From positions 1 to 47,731 of IMG/VR virus record IMGVR_UViG_3300020469_002690: 47,731 nt of DNA. One strand, written 5' to 3'. The translations under genes and the position numbers were made by a program. The stretch is from a virus (lineage: Duplodnaviria > Caudoviricetes). The notes beneath the pieces were generated by a model, which was not told the DNA's origin, searched no databases, and saw only the letters and a program-made list of their open reading frames with translations. Every line of letters starts with the position of its first letter. Within the stretch, counting starts at the first letter, position 1. This document shows, in pieces, positions 28,103-37,072 of the stretch.

Positions 28103-29236
28103 TTATCCTTTCATACTCAATGCTTTCTTTAACCCAGCAAATGATTGATTCACCATGTCTTGAAACTTTCTTTTTACCATTGGTTTCTTGATCGAATCAA
28201 ACTTTGTCATGACTAGTTGACAAGCCTTCTTGGGGAAATTTTTACTAGATCCATCTTTGAAGTTTAACATAACTCCTTTAGGCATGTCACAACCACGTCT
28301 GATTTGAGATATTACATTTTTACTTGCAGCCTTTCTATCATCATCGGTAGCTTTATAATCATCATCGTCCGCTGAGTCTTTTCCCGACTTACCCATATCT
28401 TTCATTGCGTCACGTTTTGCACTGAATCTCTTTTCTTCAAGTTCAATCTCTTCTTTTTTCATGAGTTTCATTGCGAGATTAGCGAGTTGACCTATTTTCA
28501 TCTTGTCCATTTTCGTTTTATTAGTATCATTTACTTTATCATAAATCTGAGAAATAGCCGATGCGGTAAACATATCGACCATGACACCTTGAATTTTTTT
28601 TGCCTGTTTCTTTGAAACGATATCTTTTACTTGTGGTATTATAGTCGCTTCATTAAAAGACTTGAATGATTCTGTTTTACACTTAGATCCTTTTTTGTGA
28701 GCCTCATCTTTTGGTGGCATCATAGTAGGTTCTTTGTGGTAACCAGTGTTATCACAGTGATCACATCCTTTGCCTTCACACTTAGGACATATCTCTTTGT
28801 CCTCTAAAACTTCTTCACAGTTGTAAGTTTTGCCTGCAAACACGAAAGTTGTCTCGCCTTTCTTCTTTGCCTGTTTCGCTGCATAGATAAACTGACTTTT
28901 ATCTTCAGTCTTGGATTTCTCACCTTTCTCTTTCTTGGCGATTGCGATTGCCGCTTGTTGAGCTGGAGATACTGCCTCAGCTAAAGACCAACCCTTGCGA
29001 AGATATTCTTTTTCCTTAGACTTATCAATTACAATAGTCTTACCGCGTTTGACCACCATGACATCCTTTTTAGGATCTTTCATTTGACGAACTTCTTCGA
29101 TTTCTTCACGTGCGACTAACTTCCAACCTTGTCTTTTCATTTTGTCGGCCGTCTTACCATCAACCTTACGAGTGTAGGGGCCCTTTTTCACAGTGTAATT
29201 CTCTGCGCCTTCTCTTATATCTTTAAATGTTTTCAT
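28103..29236 (-). CDS. Modular Lys-rich protein (putative internal head polyprotein)
   Basis: MKTFKDIRE; AQQAAIAIAKK module; CPKCEGKGCDHC zinc finger; repeated L/I-x-E linkers. Confidence 0.7.
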   Translation of the reverse strand: MKTFKDIREGAENYTVKKGPYTRKVDGKTADKMKRQGWKLVAREEIEEVRQMKDPKKDVMVVKRGKTIVIDKSKEKEYLRKGWSLAEAVSPAQQAAIAIAKKEKGEKSKTEDKSQFIYAAKQAKKKGETTFVFAGKTYNCEEVLEDKEICPKCEGKGCDHCDNTGYHKEPTMMPPKDEAHKKGSKCKTESFKSFNEATIIPQVKDIVSKKQAKKIQGVMVDMFTASAISQIYDKVNDTNKTKMDKMKIGQLANLAMKLMKKEEIELEEKRFSAKRDAMKDMGKSGKDSADDDDYKATDDDRKAASKNVISQIRRGCDMPKGVMLNFKDGSSKNFPKKACQLVMTKFDSIKKPMVKRKFQDMVNQSFAGLKKALSMKG

Positions 29237-29237
29237 T

Positions 29238-30827
29238 TTATGCTAAATCCTTGTCGTGATTCAGGTTTCCCTTTTTCTTTTTTACGATAAATGCATTGAC
29301 TCGAGCATGACCCCATTGTGAAGGAGTAGTGCCTGGTCTATGTCCTGTTTTCCATGCAGCAACACCTCGATTATAAACCTTTTTTAATGTCGCTACTGAT
29401 ATTCCGCTTTTCTTAGACTTGTCCGCAAAAGAATCTTCTTTTATTGTTTTCTCCATCGGAGTGTCTTTTTTATATTTTTTTAGTAAGTCTCCAGTTCCTT
29501 CTTCACCAGCGCCATGTTCTTCACCATACATGTCATTATAAGCCTTAGTGTACTTTGAAGGTTTGGTCTTCGCGGTTTTGTCTCCTGGCGCTGGTTTATA
29601 TGCAGAAGCGTCATCATCGGACTTCTTACCATGTTTTTTAAAGTGTGCATCTCGTTTTGTCTTAGTAGACTTTTTAAGACCCTTGTGATATCTTGCTGGT
29701 TGCGTTCCTTCTCTATCTTTTATATCTGGATCTTGTCTTTCTATAATCGATAGCCACTTGTCAAACCCAACGGTCTTAATGTCTAAGTCTTCCGCGACTT
29801 TCATAGCCTGAGCGGTTGCTATCGCCATCTTCTTATCCATAGGCATATCAGGATTCTCTTTTTCTATCGCTTTTGCAATCTCTTCTCTTTTCTTAAGTTG
29901 AGCTGCACTCATTTTCTTTTCTTTAACTTCTGGGACGCAATTGGGAACCATTTTGTTTCCTTTCTTTTTAAGTCCCACTTGTTTGTATCCGTCCCAACAA
30001 TCCTCGTCTATCTTCTCTACCGCATGTAACCACTTTCTATATTCTCTACCATTCGATTCAACTATAACAAAGTTGGCTCCTAATTGAGTGACAGTACCAA
30101 TTTCTTCCGATTCTTTGATTACTACGACATCACCCACCGAAAACAGTTCGCCCTTAACAAACGCCTCTCGTTCTTCAGACAGTGGAGAAAGTGATACATG
30201 ATTTCTAAACTCAGTAGTTTCTTTTAAGCCCATACCAGAACGAACATCATTAAATAACTTTCTCGCATCCGAGTTAGACATGGATTTAGAAACACCCTGA
30301 GAAAAAGAAACAAAGTCGTTATTCTTCGCGTTCATTCTTTGTTTGGATGCGGACATACCTTCCACACCTTCAGCATCTGGATCTCTAGCTCCAGCAGAAG
30401 TCACGTCTATATTTTTAAAATTGTAAAATCCATGACGACCTTTTACACCATTATACTTTTTCAATAAAACATCAAACTCTCTCACTCTATCTGCGCCAAC
30501 AATCATAGTCACATTTTTGTAACCTTGGTCATATAGAGACGATACGGCGTCAAATGCGGTCTTTACCTTTTTATTGACCATAACATTTCTGCCATGTTTA
30601 GGAAACATCTTCCTAATATGTTTTATTTTATCACTGTACGATAGTGGGTCTTTCTTAGAATTTTGTGATTGGGAAACAAATACTTTGTAATCTGCTTTCC
30701 CAGATTTTTGAGATAGGACATCCATTACTTTGCCATGTCCAATCGTAGGAGGGTTCATTCTACCAAAAGTGAAGAAGACTTCTCTTTCCGCTTCGATAAG
30801 ATACTGAGAAAAGTTTTTTATCGACAT
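29238..30827 (-). CDS. Cytidylyltransferase (HIGH-family) with C-terminal accessory modules
   Basis: FGRMNPPTIGH, VGADR, SAG.RD, MSAS..R; N-terminus MSIKNFSQYLIE; C-terminal VYNRG.AAW..GHRP...QW..ARVN module. Confidence 0.85.
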   Translation of the reverse strand: MSIKNFSQYLIEAEREVFFTFGRMNPPTIGHGKVMDVLSQKSGKADYKVFVSQSQNSKKDPLSYSDKIKHIRKMFPKHGRNVMVNKKVKTAFDAVSSLYDQGYKNVTMIVGADRVREFDVLLKKYNGVKGRHGFYNFKNIDVTSAGARDPDAEGVEGMSASKQRMNAKNNDFVSFSQGVSKSMSNSDARKLFNDVRSGMGLKETTEFRNHVSLSPLSEEREAFVKGELFSVGDVVVIKESEEIGTVTQLGANFVIVESNGREYRKWLHAVEKIDEDCWDGYKQVGLKKKGNKMVPNCVPEVKEKKMSAAQLKKREEIAKAIEKENPDMPMDKKMAIATAQAMKVAEDLDIKTVGFDKWLSIIERQDPDIKDREGTQPARYHKGLKKSTKTKRDAHFKKHGKKSDDDASAYKPAPGDKTAKTKPSKYTKAYNDMYGEEHGAGEEGTGDLLKKYKKDTPMEKTIKEDSFADKSKKSGISVATLKKVYNRGVAAWKTGHRPGTTPSQWGHARVNAFIVKKKKGNLNHDKDLA

Positions 30828-31297
30828 TATTTAGATCCACCAACTTGATTATTTTTAGTTCCGCGTTTCTTCTGTATTTCTGCTCGTCTTATTTTTGGTA
30901 AAGACTTTTTAGCTATTCTTGCTATTCTATTCTGAAATGCGGGTTTTTCAAGTCGTTTTTCTATTTCTTTTTTTCTCGCCATCGACAAGTCGGCTTTAGG
31001 GGTATCTTTTACTATTTTTTTGATAAGCATGTTACGTGCCTGTTTTCTTGCACGTATCTTTAGTTTATCCATGCTGGCAACTTTTCGAGCAGCACGTTTT
31101 TTACCCATAGCGATCTTCGCCTTCATCCGTTTCATTCTTCTACCTACGGCACGTCTTTGGGCGATATTTAAAACTTCGTTTGTATCTTCTACTTCTTCAG
31201 TTTTTCTTTTCTGTGATTGTTTTGCTAATTGTTCGTCACCACTCATGGTGTAGTCAATAGCAATAAAATCCTTTAATCCTAGAATTTTTTTGGCCAT
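30827..31297 (-). CDS. Very basic helical protein
   Basis: Arg/Lys-rich after TNE; start moved to ATG 31297. Confidence 0.7.
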   Translation of the reverse strand: MAKKILGLKDFIAIDYTMSGDEQLAKQSQKRKTEEVEDTNEVLNIAQRRAVGRRMKRMKAKIAMGKKRAARKVASMDKLKIRARKQARNMLIKKIVKDTPKADLSMARKKEIEKRLEKPAFQNRIARIAKKSLPKIRRAEIQKKRGTKNNQVGGSK

Positions 31298-31298
31298 C

Positions 31299-32522
31299 TT
31301 AGTTCCTAGTTGGTTTATCCCATCCTTTAAGTATATCTGGTGAAAAGTTGTTGTATGAAAATTCCATACGGTCAACCAGTTTCACCGCATCACCACCAAT
31401 CGTATCAATAGCTACGTAACCTTCTTCTCCAGTTACTTTGTAACCATTGGGTGTTTTGACAAAAGTATCAATTTTCTTAAGTCTGTTAAGTTTATTTATA
31501 AGAATTAACTTCGCAAGTATAATACTTTTTTGTAATTCGTACATACTGACAAGTGATTTTTTATTTTTGTCAGAAAAAAATGTCATTATGTCATCTAATT
31601 TCTTTTTTTGTACAGCTTTACCTTTGTCCGTCTTTCTTTTATCCATTTCTTTCTGAAATTTGTTTTTTATCCATTTTAACAGACCCTTTACATGCATAGA
31701 AGTGTTGCCAATCACTGCTCCCTTCCGCACAAAAGTGTTATTGTACTGTTCTAATAGTTGAGCCAAATCTGGATTCGCCTCCAACTGTCTTAACGTGGTT
31801 CCAGAAATTTTATTGAACAATACTCCACACTTACTTAGGTGTTTGGTAACTTCTTCTGTTTCCTTTTCATTCATAGTCGCACTAGACACATCTCTTAACA
31901 TTGCATCTTGTGACCAAACGGTTGTAGATTTTCTGAATTTGGAAACGTCAACACCATATGAAGCCTTCATAGATTCGAAAGTATTTCCAGTATATGTTGT
32001 GTGCCATACGATGCCAATCTTTGCATTTAGAACTTCTTTCGCCTGTTCAACTGGTACAGCGTATGCGATTGTGTTGGGGTGAAAGACGATATAGTTCTGT
32101 CCGTCTATTTTCTTTTTCTTTAATTCTTGTTTTGAGAATAAGAAATCGCCTTGGACGACTCCTTTTATTCCTAGAGATGGTAAATATTTCAGTGCGTCTT
32201 TCATCTTAGAGGCTAAATCTCCAGACATGTCTTTATCTATCTCGTCCTCAGTCTTATAGACTTTGGGATTTTTTGCGAATATTCCCTTTTTCGCCACAAA
32301 GAATTTACCATCGGAAGGATCTTGTCCAGCGAAAACAGCAGGCGCCCCATCCCACTTGACCGAAAGTTTAGATGAAGATTTACCAGCCAACATATCTCTA
32401 AGACTACGTAACGCTAGAATTGCTTGACGAGTGCCGTTTACTCCACCATAAAGAACTTTATCCTCAATGTGAGTCATGTGAGTATTTTTGTTTTCAGTTA
32501 TAAATTGATTAAAATCTTCCAT
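31299..32522 (-). CDS. DUF6267-like protein with ligase-type nucleotidyltransferase motifs
   Basis: VKWDG (KxDG), QGDFLF, EGYV, KLVDR; N-terminus MEDFNQFITE. Confidence 0.7.
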   Translation of the reverse strand: MEDFNQFITENKNTHMTHIEDKVLYGGVNGTRQAILALRSLRDMLAGKSSSKLSVKWDGAPAVFAGQDPSDGKFFVAKKGIFAKNPKVYKTEDEIDKDMSGDLASKMKDALKYLPSLGIKGVVQGDFLFSKQELKKKKIDGQNYIVFHPNTIAYAVPVEQAKEVLNAKIGIVWHTTYTGNTFESMKASYGVDVSKFRKSTTVWSQDAMLRDVSSATMNEKETEEVTKHLSKCGVLFNKISGTTLRQLEANPDLAQLLEQYNNTFVRKGAVIGNTSMHVKGLLKWIKNKFQKEMDKRKTDKGKAVQKKKLDDIMTFFSDKNKKSLVSMYELQKSIILAKLILINKLNRLKKIDTFVKTPNGYKVTGEEGYVAIDTIGGDAVKLVDRMEFSYNNFSPDILKGWDKPTRN

Positions 32523-32724
32523 TGAGATTCCTTAGTTGATCATACAATACAGATCTGTTTACACATATACATTCCATTTCACCAAACCTTCCCGACTCAC
32601 AATATTCAACATAATGCCTTGGACACTCAATTTTAGATTCCGTTGGAAGGTCTTCATCATTCCGTTCTTGATTTGCACAAGACGTAACAAGAAATGTAAA
32701 TATAAAAAATTTAAGTAGTTTCAT
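32509..32724 (-). CDS. Small Cys-rich lipoprotein
   Basis: Lipobox VTSC plus four further Cys. Confidence 0.65.
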   Translation of the reverse strand: MKLLKFFIFTFLVTSCANQERNDEDLPTESKIECPRHYVEYCESGRFGEMECICVNRSVLYDQLRNLNGRF

Positions 32725-33824
32725 TAGAATTTTATTTTATTTTTAAATGAAAGATCGGGAGTAATGCCAAGAAACGTCTTGAGTTTCATTATACCACCTT
32801 TGAAGAAAGTTGTAACCTTTCTCCAAGTCTTAGTAACCCATCCACGAATAATTCTCAGTAGTTTTAATTCCTGTAGTTCGATACTCTCGTTCAATTCTTC
32901 CGCGTCTTGCATAGAGTCTACAATCAACGAGATAACTGACCAAAAGTTATATTCGCCTGTACCACCTTTCTTGTTGGTAGGTGACTTATATGATACTAAT
33001 TTTCTCTGTGTTGTTTTGAATCGTGCCTGTAGTCTCATCATGTTAGCAATCTTTATACAATATGCATCATCATCTACCGAATGTATTCTAGCTTTACCAC
33101 CGTCTGCCGTGGCGACTAACATGAACTCCGCAGCTGCTTTACTTTTCTTACCGAACTTTTCGTATCCAGACATCGCCTCTCGAGCAAACTCAACTTTGAA
33201 TGATTTAGATTCGTTGAATAACTTACCCAACTCTTTCATACAATCTTTGTGCGCCTTCTCTGCTTTATTTACCACTTCGTTAGTACCAGACTTGATAATT
33301 GGACGTAACTGAGATGGTGCAAGAGTAGACTTAACAAATCCTTCTAGGACATCGGTGGTCGCTTTGTATTGTGGGGATTTTTTAAGTTCGGGATTAGAGT
33401 TCTTGGTTGCAGCTTCGAATGTGGCGGTAGATTCTGCTTTACCACCAGACATTAATTGTGCAGTACCGATCTTAACAGAGAATCGCATATCACCAATCAG
33501 AACATCTGTCTTAGGTGTAATGTTATCCGCTCCGTAAGATTTCCAGAAGTCGGTCAATGTTGCCTTTGCACGACCATACTGTTCTGCTTCTTTATTCTTG
33601 AGAGATGGATATTGTTTCAATACTGATTGTGCAATCTTACGACCAGCTTCAAGTGCTTTAGGATTACTTTTAATTATATCAAATGTTTTGTCAGAAATAC
33701 CATAGTCTAACGGATTCTTATCTGCAATGGGTCTACCAGTAATTTCGTAAAACCCCATCACAATAGAGGCTTCATAATCCTCTGCCTTGAGTTCTTCAGT
33801 TAAATAAGTTTTAAACTTCATCAT
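32724..33824 (-). CDS. Hypothetical protein, possible PD-(D/E)xK nuclease fold
   Basis: YE...PKTDV......FSVK; N-terminus MMKFKTYLTE. Confidence 0.55.
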   Translation of the reverse strand: MMKFKTYLTEELKAEDYEASIVMGFYEITGRPIADKNPLDYGISDKTFDIIKSNPKALEAGRKIAQSVLKQYPSLKNKEAEQYGRAKATLTDFWKSYGADNITPKTDVLIGDMRFSVKIGTAQLMSGGKAESTATFEAATKNSNPELKKSPQYKATTDVLEGFVKSTLAPSQLRPIIKSGTNEVVNKAEKAHKDCMKELGKLFNESKSFKVEFAREAMSGYEKFGKKSKAAAEFMLVATADGGKARIHSVDDDAYCIKIANMMRLQARFKTTQRKLVSYKSPTNKKGGTGEYNFWSVISLIVDSMQDAEELNESIELQELKLLRIIRGWVTKTWRKVTTFFKGGIMKLKTFLGITPDLSFKNKIKF

Positions 33825-34189
33825 ATTGGTATCTCGACTAATTCGTGTTCTCTATCCAAATACTTGTATTCAAGTTTCATAATATCAAACTCTTTTAATG
33901 CATTAAAGATCTTTCTAGGTTCAAACTCACCGCAAGTATATACGTCAAGCTGTATTAGAGCGGGCGATCTATGATCCCATACGTGGATTGCGATATGAGA
34001 AGTTTCAATAATAACAACTCCCGTGGCTCCTTCATTACCTTTTACATCAACATAGGCGCTGATAGGGCCTCTACATACTTTCATACCTATTAATTCTACC
34101 ATATCTTTTAACCATTTTTCTACATAATCAGAAGATGTGGGTGGATCCATGCACTCAGCACGTACTATCAAGTGTTTGTGTACTAACAT
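33821..34189 (-). CDS. speD: S-adenosylmethionine decarboxylase proenzyme
   Basis: HLI, G.TG...ETSHIAIHVW (pyruvoyl Ser), DVYTC. Confidence 0.88.
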   Translation of the reverse strand: MLVHKHLIVRAECMDPPTSSDYVEKWLKDMVELIGMKVCRGPISAYVDVKGNEGATGVVIIETSHIAIHVWDHRSPALIQLDVYTCGEFEPRKIFNALKEFDIMKLEYKYLDREHELVEIPI

Positions 34190-34220
34190 TATCTAACGCC
34201 TTATTTTACTATAGTGGATT

Positions 34221-34249
34221 ATTATACCACTATTTATAATAAAACGCAA
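34221..34249 (-). promoter_or_regulatory. Overlapping sigma70-type and late promoters upstream of speD
   Basis: TTGCGT-17bp-TATAAT with extended -10, with TATAAATA (34231-34238) inside the spacer. Confidence 0.7.
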
Positions 34250-34914
34250 GTAGATTCTTGTTCTTCGTTGTATTTCGCGATAGTCTCTTTTAGAGGACGA
34301 ACCCAATCATCACGATGTTCTATAAAGATCTGTGGATCATTAGTACCATCGACCGCAACAATTGTGACCAGCTGAGTAATAGGAATACCAGTTCTTTCTT
34401 CAAACATAATCGCATAGGCTGATTCTTGCATGAAGTAGTTTTTGATCCAAGATTTTTTCTTGGGTTTCATTGAAGTCTTGAAGTCAATGATGGAAAGTTT
34501 TCCGTTGAACTCAGCGATACAGTCAACACGACCAGCAACACCTAAGTGTTCACTATACAAAGGAGCTTCTTGGGCGTAAACTTTTCCAATACATTTATCA
34601 AGAATAGGTTGGACATCTTTCAGAGATGATATGATGTCGGGAGTGTACCCCTCTTTGTAATCGGGGTCATTATCTAAGTACTTCTCAATTATTTCATGAA
34701 CAGCGGTTCCACGTGTTGTGGAACGATATGAAATTCTATTCGCTTCTTCTTCTCCAACTCGAGCTCTCCATTTTGCAATAGAGTCTCTACTTAGGATAGA
34801 AAGAACGGTGGTGATCGAAGGAAAAGATTTACCTTCGTCTGTTTTGTAGATTCTACCCTTTTCGGTAGTATTAGCATCGATTTCCGATAAATTCACATCA
34901 ACATGTTCAAACAT
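34234..34914 (-). CDS. PD-(D/E)xK exonuclease (Cas4/AddB-like)
   Basis: PSITTVL, RGT.VH, AGRVDC, IIDFKTS, Q..AY. Confidence 0.9.
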   Translation of the reverse strand: MFEHVDVNLSEIDANTTEKGRIYKTDEGKSFPSITTVLSILSRDSIAKWRARVGEEEANRISYRSTTRGTAVHEIIEKYLDNDPDYKEGYTPDIISSLKDVQPILDKCIGKVYAQEAPLYSEHLGVAGRVDCIAEFNGKLSIIDFKTSMKPKKKSWIKNYFMQESAYAIMFEERTGIPITQLVTIVAVDGTNDPQIFIEHRDDWVRPLKETIAKYNEEQESTCVLL

Positions 34915-34944
34915 AATTTCTCACTTTCTCAATAATATACTGTC

Positions 34945-34973
34945 ATTATACCAGATAAAACAAGAGTTGTCAA
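34945..34973 (-). promoter_or_regulatory. Early sigma70 consensus promoter
   Basis: TTGACA-17bp-TATAAT; the -35 box contains the upstream TGA stop. Confidence 0.85.
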
Positions 34974-35278
34974 GTAATATATTCAACTAAATTTCTTGTT
35001 ATGAAAAGAAGACCCACACCGTTAACTATTATCAACGCTCGATCCTTCCACAAAATAGATACACATAACCAACCCACCATACCCGACAGTGAGAATACCA
35101 GATCCCAAAAAGCGAGTTCTTCGATTCCTCTTATGGCCATTCCACAAAGAAGTATGACTGAGGATACCCATTTCAAATACCAGTCCAGAGTGTATTTAGG
35201 CGTAGCAGACTTAAATATCCTCGCGGAGTTTTCTATTTCTTCGGGAGTAAATTTAGGCTGATGCTCTTCGTCTGTCAT
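34970..35278 (-). CDS. Small multi-TM membrane protein
   Basis: DWYLKW...GW..VS.LW.DRALI..N; three hydrophobic helices; start ATG 35278. Confidence 0.7.
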   Translation of the reverse strand: MTDEEHQPKFTPEEIENSARIFKSATPKYTLDWYLKWVSSVILLCGMAIRGIEELAFWDLVFSLSGMVGWLCVSILWKDRALIIVNGVGLLFITRNLVEYIT

Positions 35279-35966
35279 TTTCTCTTTTCCTTTTTTCCAG
35301 TTTTTCATGCATTTTAAGACATGCTTCTCTAAAATCTTTTTCTTCTCTAGCCCTTTCTAGTCGTTCTCTAGACTTCATCCAATCATCAAAACTCAATGGT
35401 TTTCTTGCGTTTCCAAATGGAAGTTTTCTTTTCTTAAATTCAGATTCCAGAACACTTCTTTCTTTGGTTCCCATAAAACTTTCAACCAGAACGAGTAATG
35501 TTTTTCTAAAAGATCTGCCGTGATGCATATGACCAAGACAATGAGAAAGTTCGTGGAGTAAAGTGTACAGATTGAATCCACCATTTGGATTTAAACTTAC
35601 AGTAAATCCGTCAGTTTTTCCAGTGAAGTTTTTGTTTTTCAAAGAAAGTTTGGCGACTTTTGGTTGCGCTTTAACTAAAGCGGTGACATCATTTTCTAGA
35701 GTAGCTTCCCAAAGTTTTATCCAAGTGTCCGACTTGTAAATTTTCTTTGCATATCTATTGATTTGTTCTATTGTTTTGAACTCTTTATCTTTCACTAGTT
35801 TTTGAAACGCATGTTCGGCATTGTAAGTTTTTTGACGTTCACTATCTTTTCCACGAGAGCCTTTATTCTGTTTGTTGATATGTCGGGCGAGATAGAGATT
35901 GTATTTGTGTTCATTAGAACCATACATAGGCATTTTGAAATAGTCAAACTGGTTAATTAGTTCCAT
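35253..35966 (-). CDS. Zincin-like metallopeptidase domain protein
   Basis: LLHELSH....HHGRSF; start moved to ATG 35966. Confidence 0.7.
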   Translation of the reverse strand: MELINQFDYFKMPMYGSNEHKYNLYLARHINKQNKGSRGKDSERQKTYNAEHAFQKLVKDKEFKTIEQINRYAKKIYKSDTWIKLWEATLENDVTALVKAQPKVAKLSLKNKNFTGKTDGFTVSLNPNGGFNLYTLLHELSHCLGHMHHGRSFRKTLLVLVESFMGTKERSVLESEFKKRKLPFGNARKPLSFDDWMKSRERLERAREEKDFREACLKMHEKLEKRKRENDRRRASA

Positions 35967-35967
35967 G

Positions 35968-36144
35968 TTATTGACCCTCACCGACAAAAGCGTATCTGGG
36001 GTTCTGACAAAACATTCCAATTTCGTCAAACCCTAAAAGACAGAATCCGTCTTCTATAGGATCAGTTCCAGCCTCATATTCAACCAGTTCATATCCAGGC
36101 TTGAAATTCTTAACGTCTTGTATGTTCACTTCAATAATATTCAT
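35968..36144 (-). CDS. Small acidic early protein (58 aa, not in ORF track)
   Basis: Hand translation MNIIEVNIQD...AFVGEGQ*; follows an early promoter. Confidence 0.6.
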   Translation of the reverse strand: MNIIEVNIQDVKNFKPGYELVEYEAGTDPIEDGFCLLGFDEIGMFCQNPRYAFVGEGQ

Positions 36145-36175
36145 TTTCTCTCTCTCTTTATCAATTTATACAAGC

Positions 36176-36204
36176 ATTTTACCAGATCAAACAACTTTTG
36201 TCAA
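36176..36204 (-). promoter_or_regulatory. Early sigma70 promoter
   Basis: TTGACA-17bp-TAAAAT; the -35 box contains the upstream TGA stop. Confidence 0.8.
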
Positions 36205-36422
36205 GAAGTTTCTTCAATTGTTATCTTATATTTTCTATCATTTCTATCAGTCAATTCAATAACTCTGGTAGTAGAAGGAATAAAGCCTTCTTTTGTTTTC
36301 TCGTCAATTTTAACGTGACCCAATTCTTTGACGATTGCCTTTCTATATTGATCATATTCAAGAGATGGATAGATGACGGTATAGGCTAAGTAATCGCAGT
36401 ATGCTATGTTTATCTTTCCCAT
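36201..36422 (-). CDS. Hypothetical early protein
   Basis: Start moved to ATG 36422 to avoid overlap. Confidence 0.6.
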   Translation of the reverse strand: MGKINIAYCDYLAYTVIYPSLEYDQYRKAIVKELGHVKIDEKTKEGFIPSTTRVIELTDRNDRKYKITIEETS

Positions 36423-36423
36423 G

Positions 36424-36639
36424 TTATCGTACCCATATGTGGTTATATTTGTTAGGAAGATTACTACAGGAGTAAGATTTTTTATCTGTATAATTAACAA
36501 CACTCTCACATTCCCCTGTAGAATTGCTGACGTAAACGTCTGGCATATTTAAAAACTCAAATATTGCATCTACCATATAGAATATTGCGAAAGATGTAAG
36601 AATTGCTAATAAAACGTATTTTAATTTACCTTCTAACAT
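36424..36639 (-). CDS. Small membrane-anchored protein
   Basis: N-terminal TM helix; PDVYVS..TGEC..V...C..LP.KY..IWV; AGGAGG RBS. Confidence 0.7.
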   Translation of the reverse strand: MLEGKLKYVLLAILTSFAIFYMVDAIFEFLNMPDVYVSNSTGECESVVNYTDKKSYSCSNLPNKYNHIWVR

Positions 36640-36779
36640 TATGCTGCCTCCTTAAGAGTCATTTTCGTTTTCTTTACTTTTGATTGTAAGACAATCGTTT
36701 CATCAATTAATGCATCACCAATGTAATTTCCATAGTAATCATAGTCTGGATGGTTTCTAAAGGCGCGAGTCCTTTCCAT
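36639..36779 (-). CDS. Small hypothetical protein
   Basis: ATG 36779 after GGAG; HPDYDYYGNYIG. Confidence 0.5.
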   Translation of the reverse strand: MERTRAFRNHPDYDYYGNYIGDALIDETIVLQSKVKKTKMTLKEAA

Positions 36780-36780
36780 C

Positions 36781-37017
36781 TCATAACTCCCCGTGATTAT
36801 CATCAATATGTGAATCAATTTGTTTAGAATAGTTAATATCAAATTCAGCATCATTTTCCAAAACCTCTAGTAACATTTCAAGTCGGGCCCTTTCTTTGAT
36901 TACCCTCTCAGTCATATAGTCTGGGAGTTCTTCAAATTTAGGATCTAAGATAAGATATAGAAGTGGTTCTAGTTCTTCAGTCAATTCTCGGTGAGCTTCG
37001 TTTATAGGACTAACCAT
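36781..37017 (-). CDS. Hypothetical acidic early protein
   Basis: GAGG RBS after an early promoter. Confidence 0.65.
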   Translation of the reverse strand: MVSPINEAHRELTEELEPLLYLILDPKFEELPDYMTERVIKERARLEMLLEVLENDAEFDINYSKQIDSHIDDNHGEL

Positions 37018-37043
37018 TTCTACCTCTCATTTTCAATACAAGT

Positions 37044-37072
37044 ATTATAAACTATCGTGCAAGTTTTGTCAA
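37044..37072 (-). promoter_or_regulatory. Early sigma70 consensus promoter
   Basis: TTGACA-17bp-TATAAT; the -35 box contains the upstream TGA stop. Confidence 0.85.

Noticed and set aside
34234-34914. Cas4-like nuclease suggesting CRISPR-Cas
   Set aside because: No repeat-spacer array or other cas genes seen and no Fe-S Cys cluster; this is the usual stand-alone phage exonuclease
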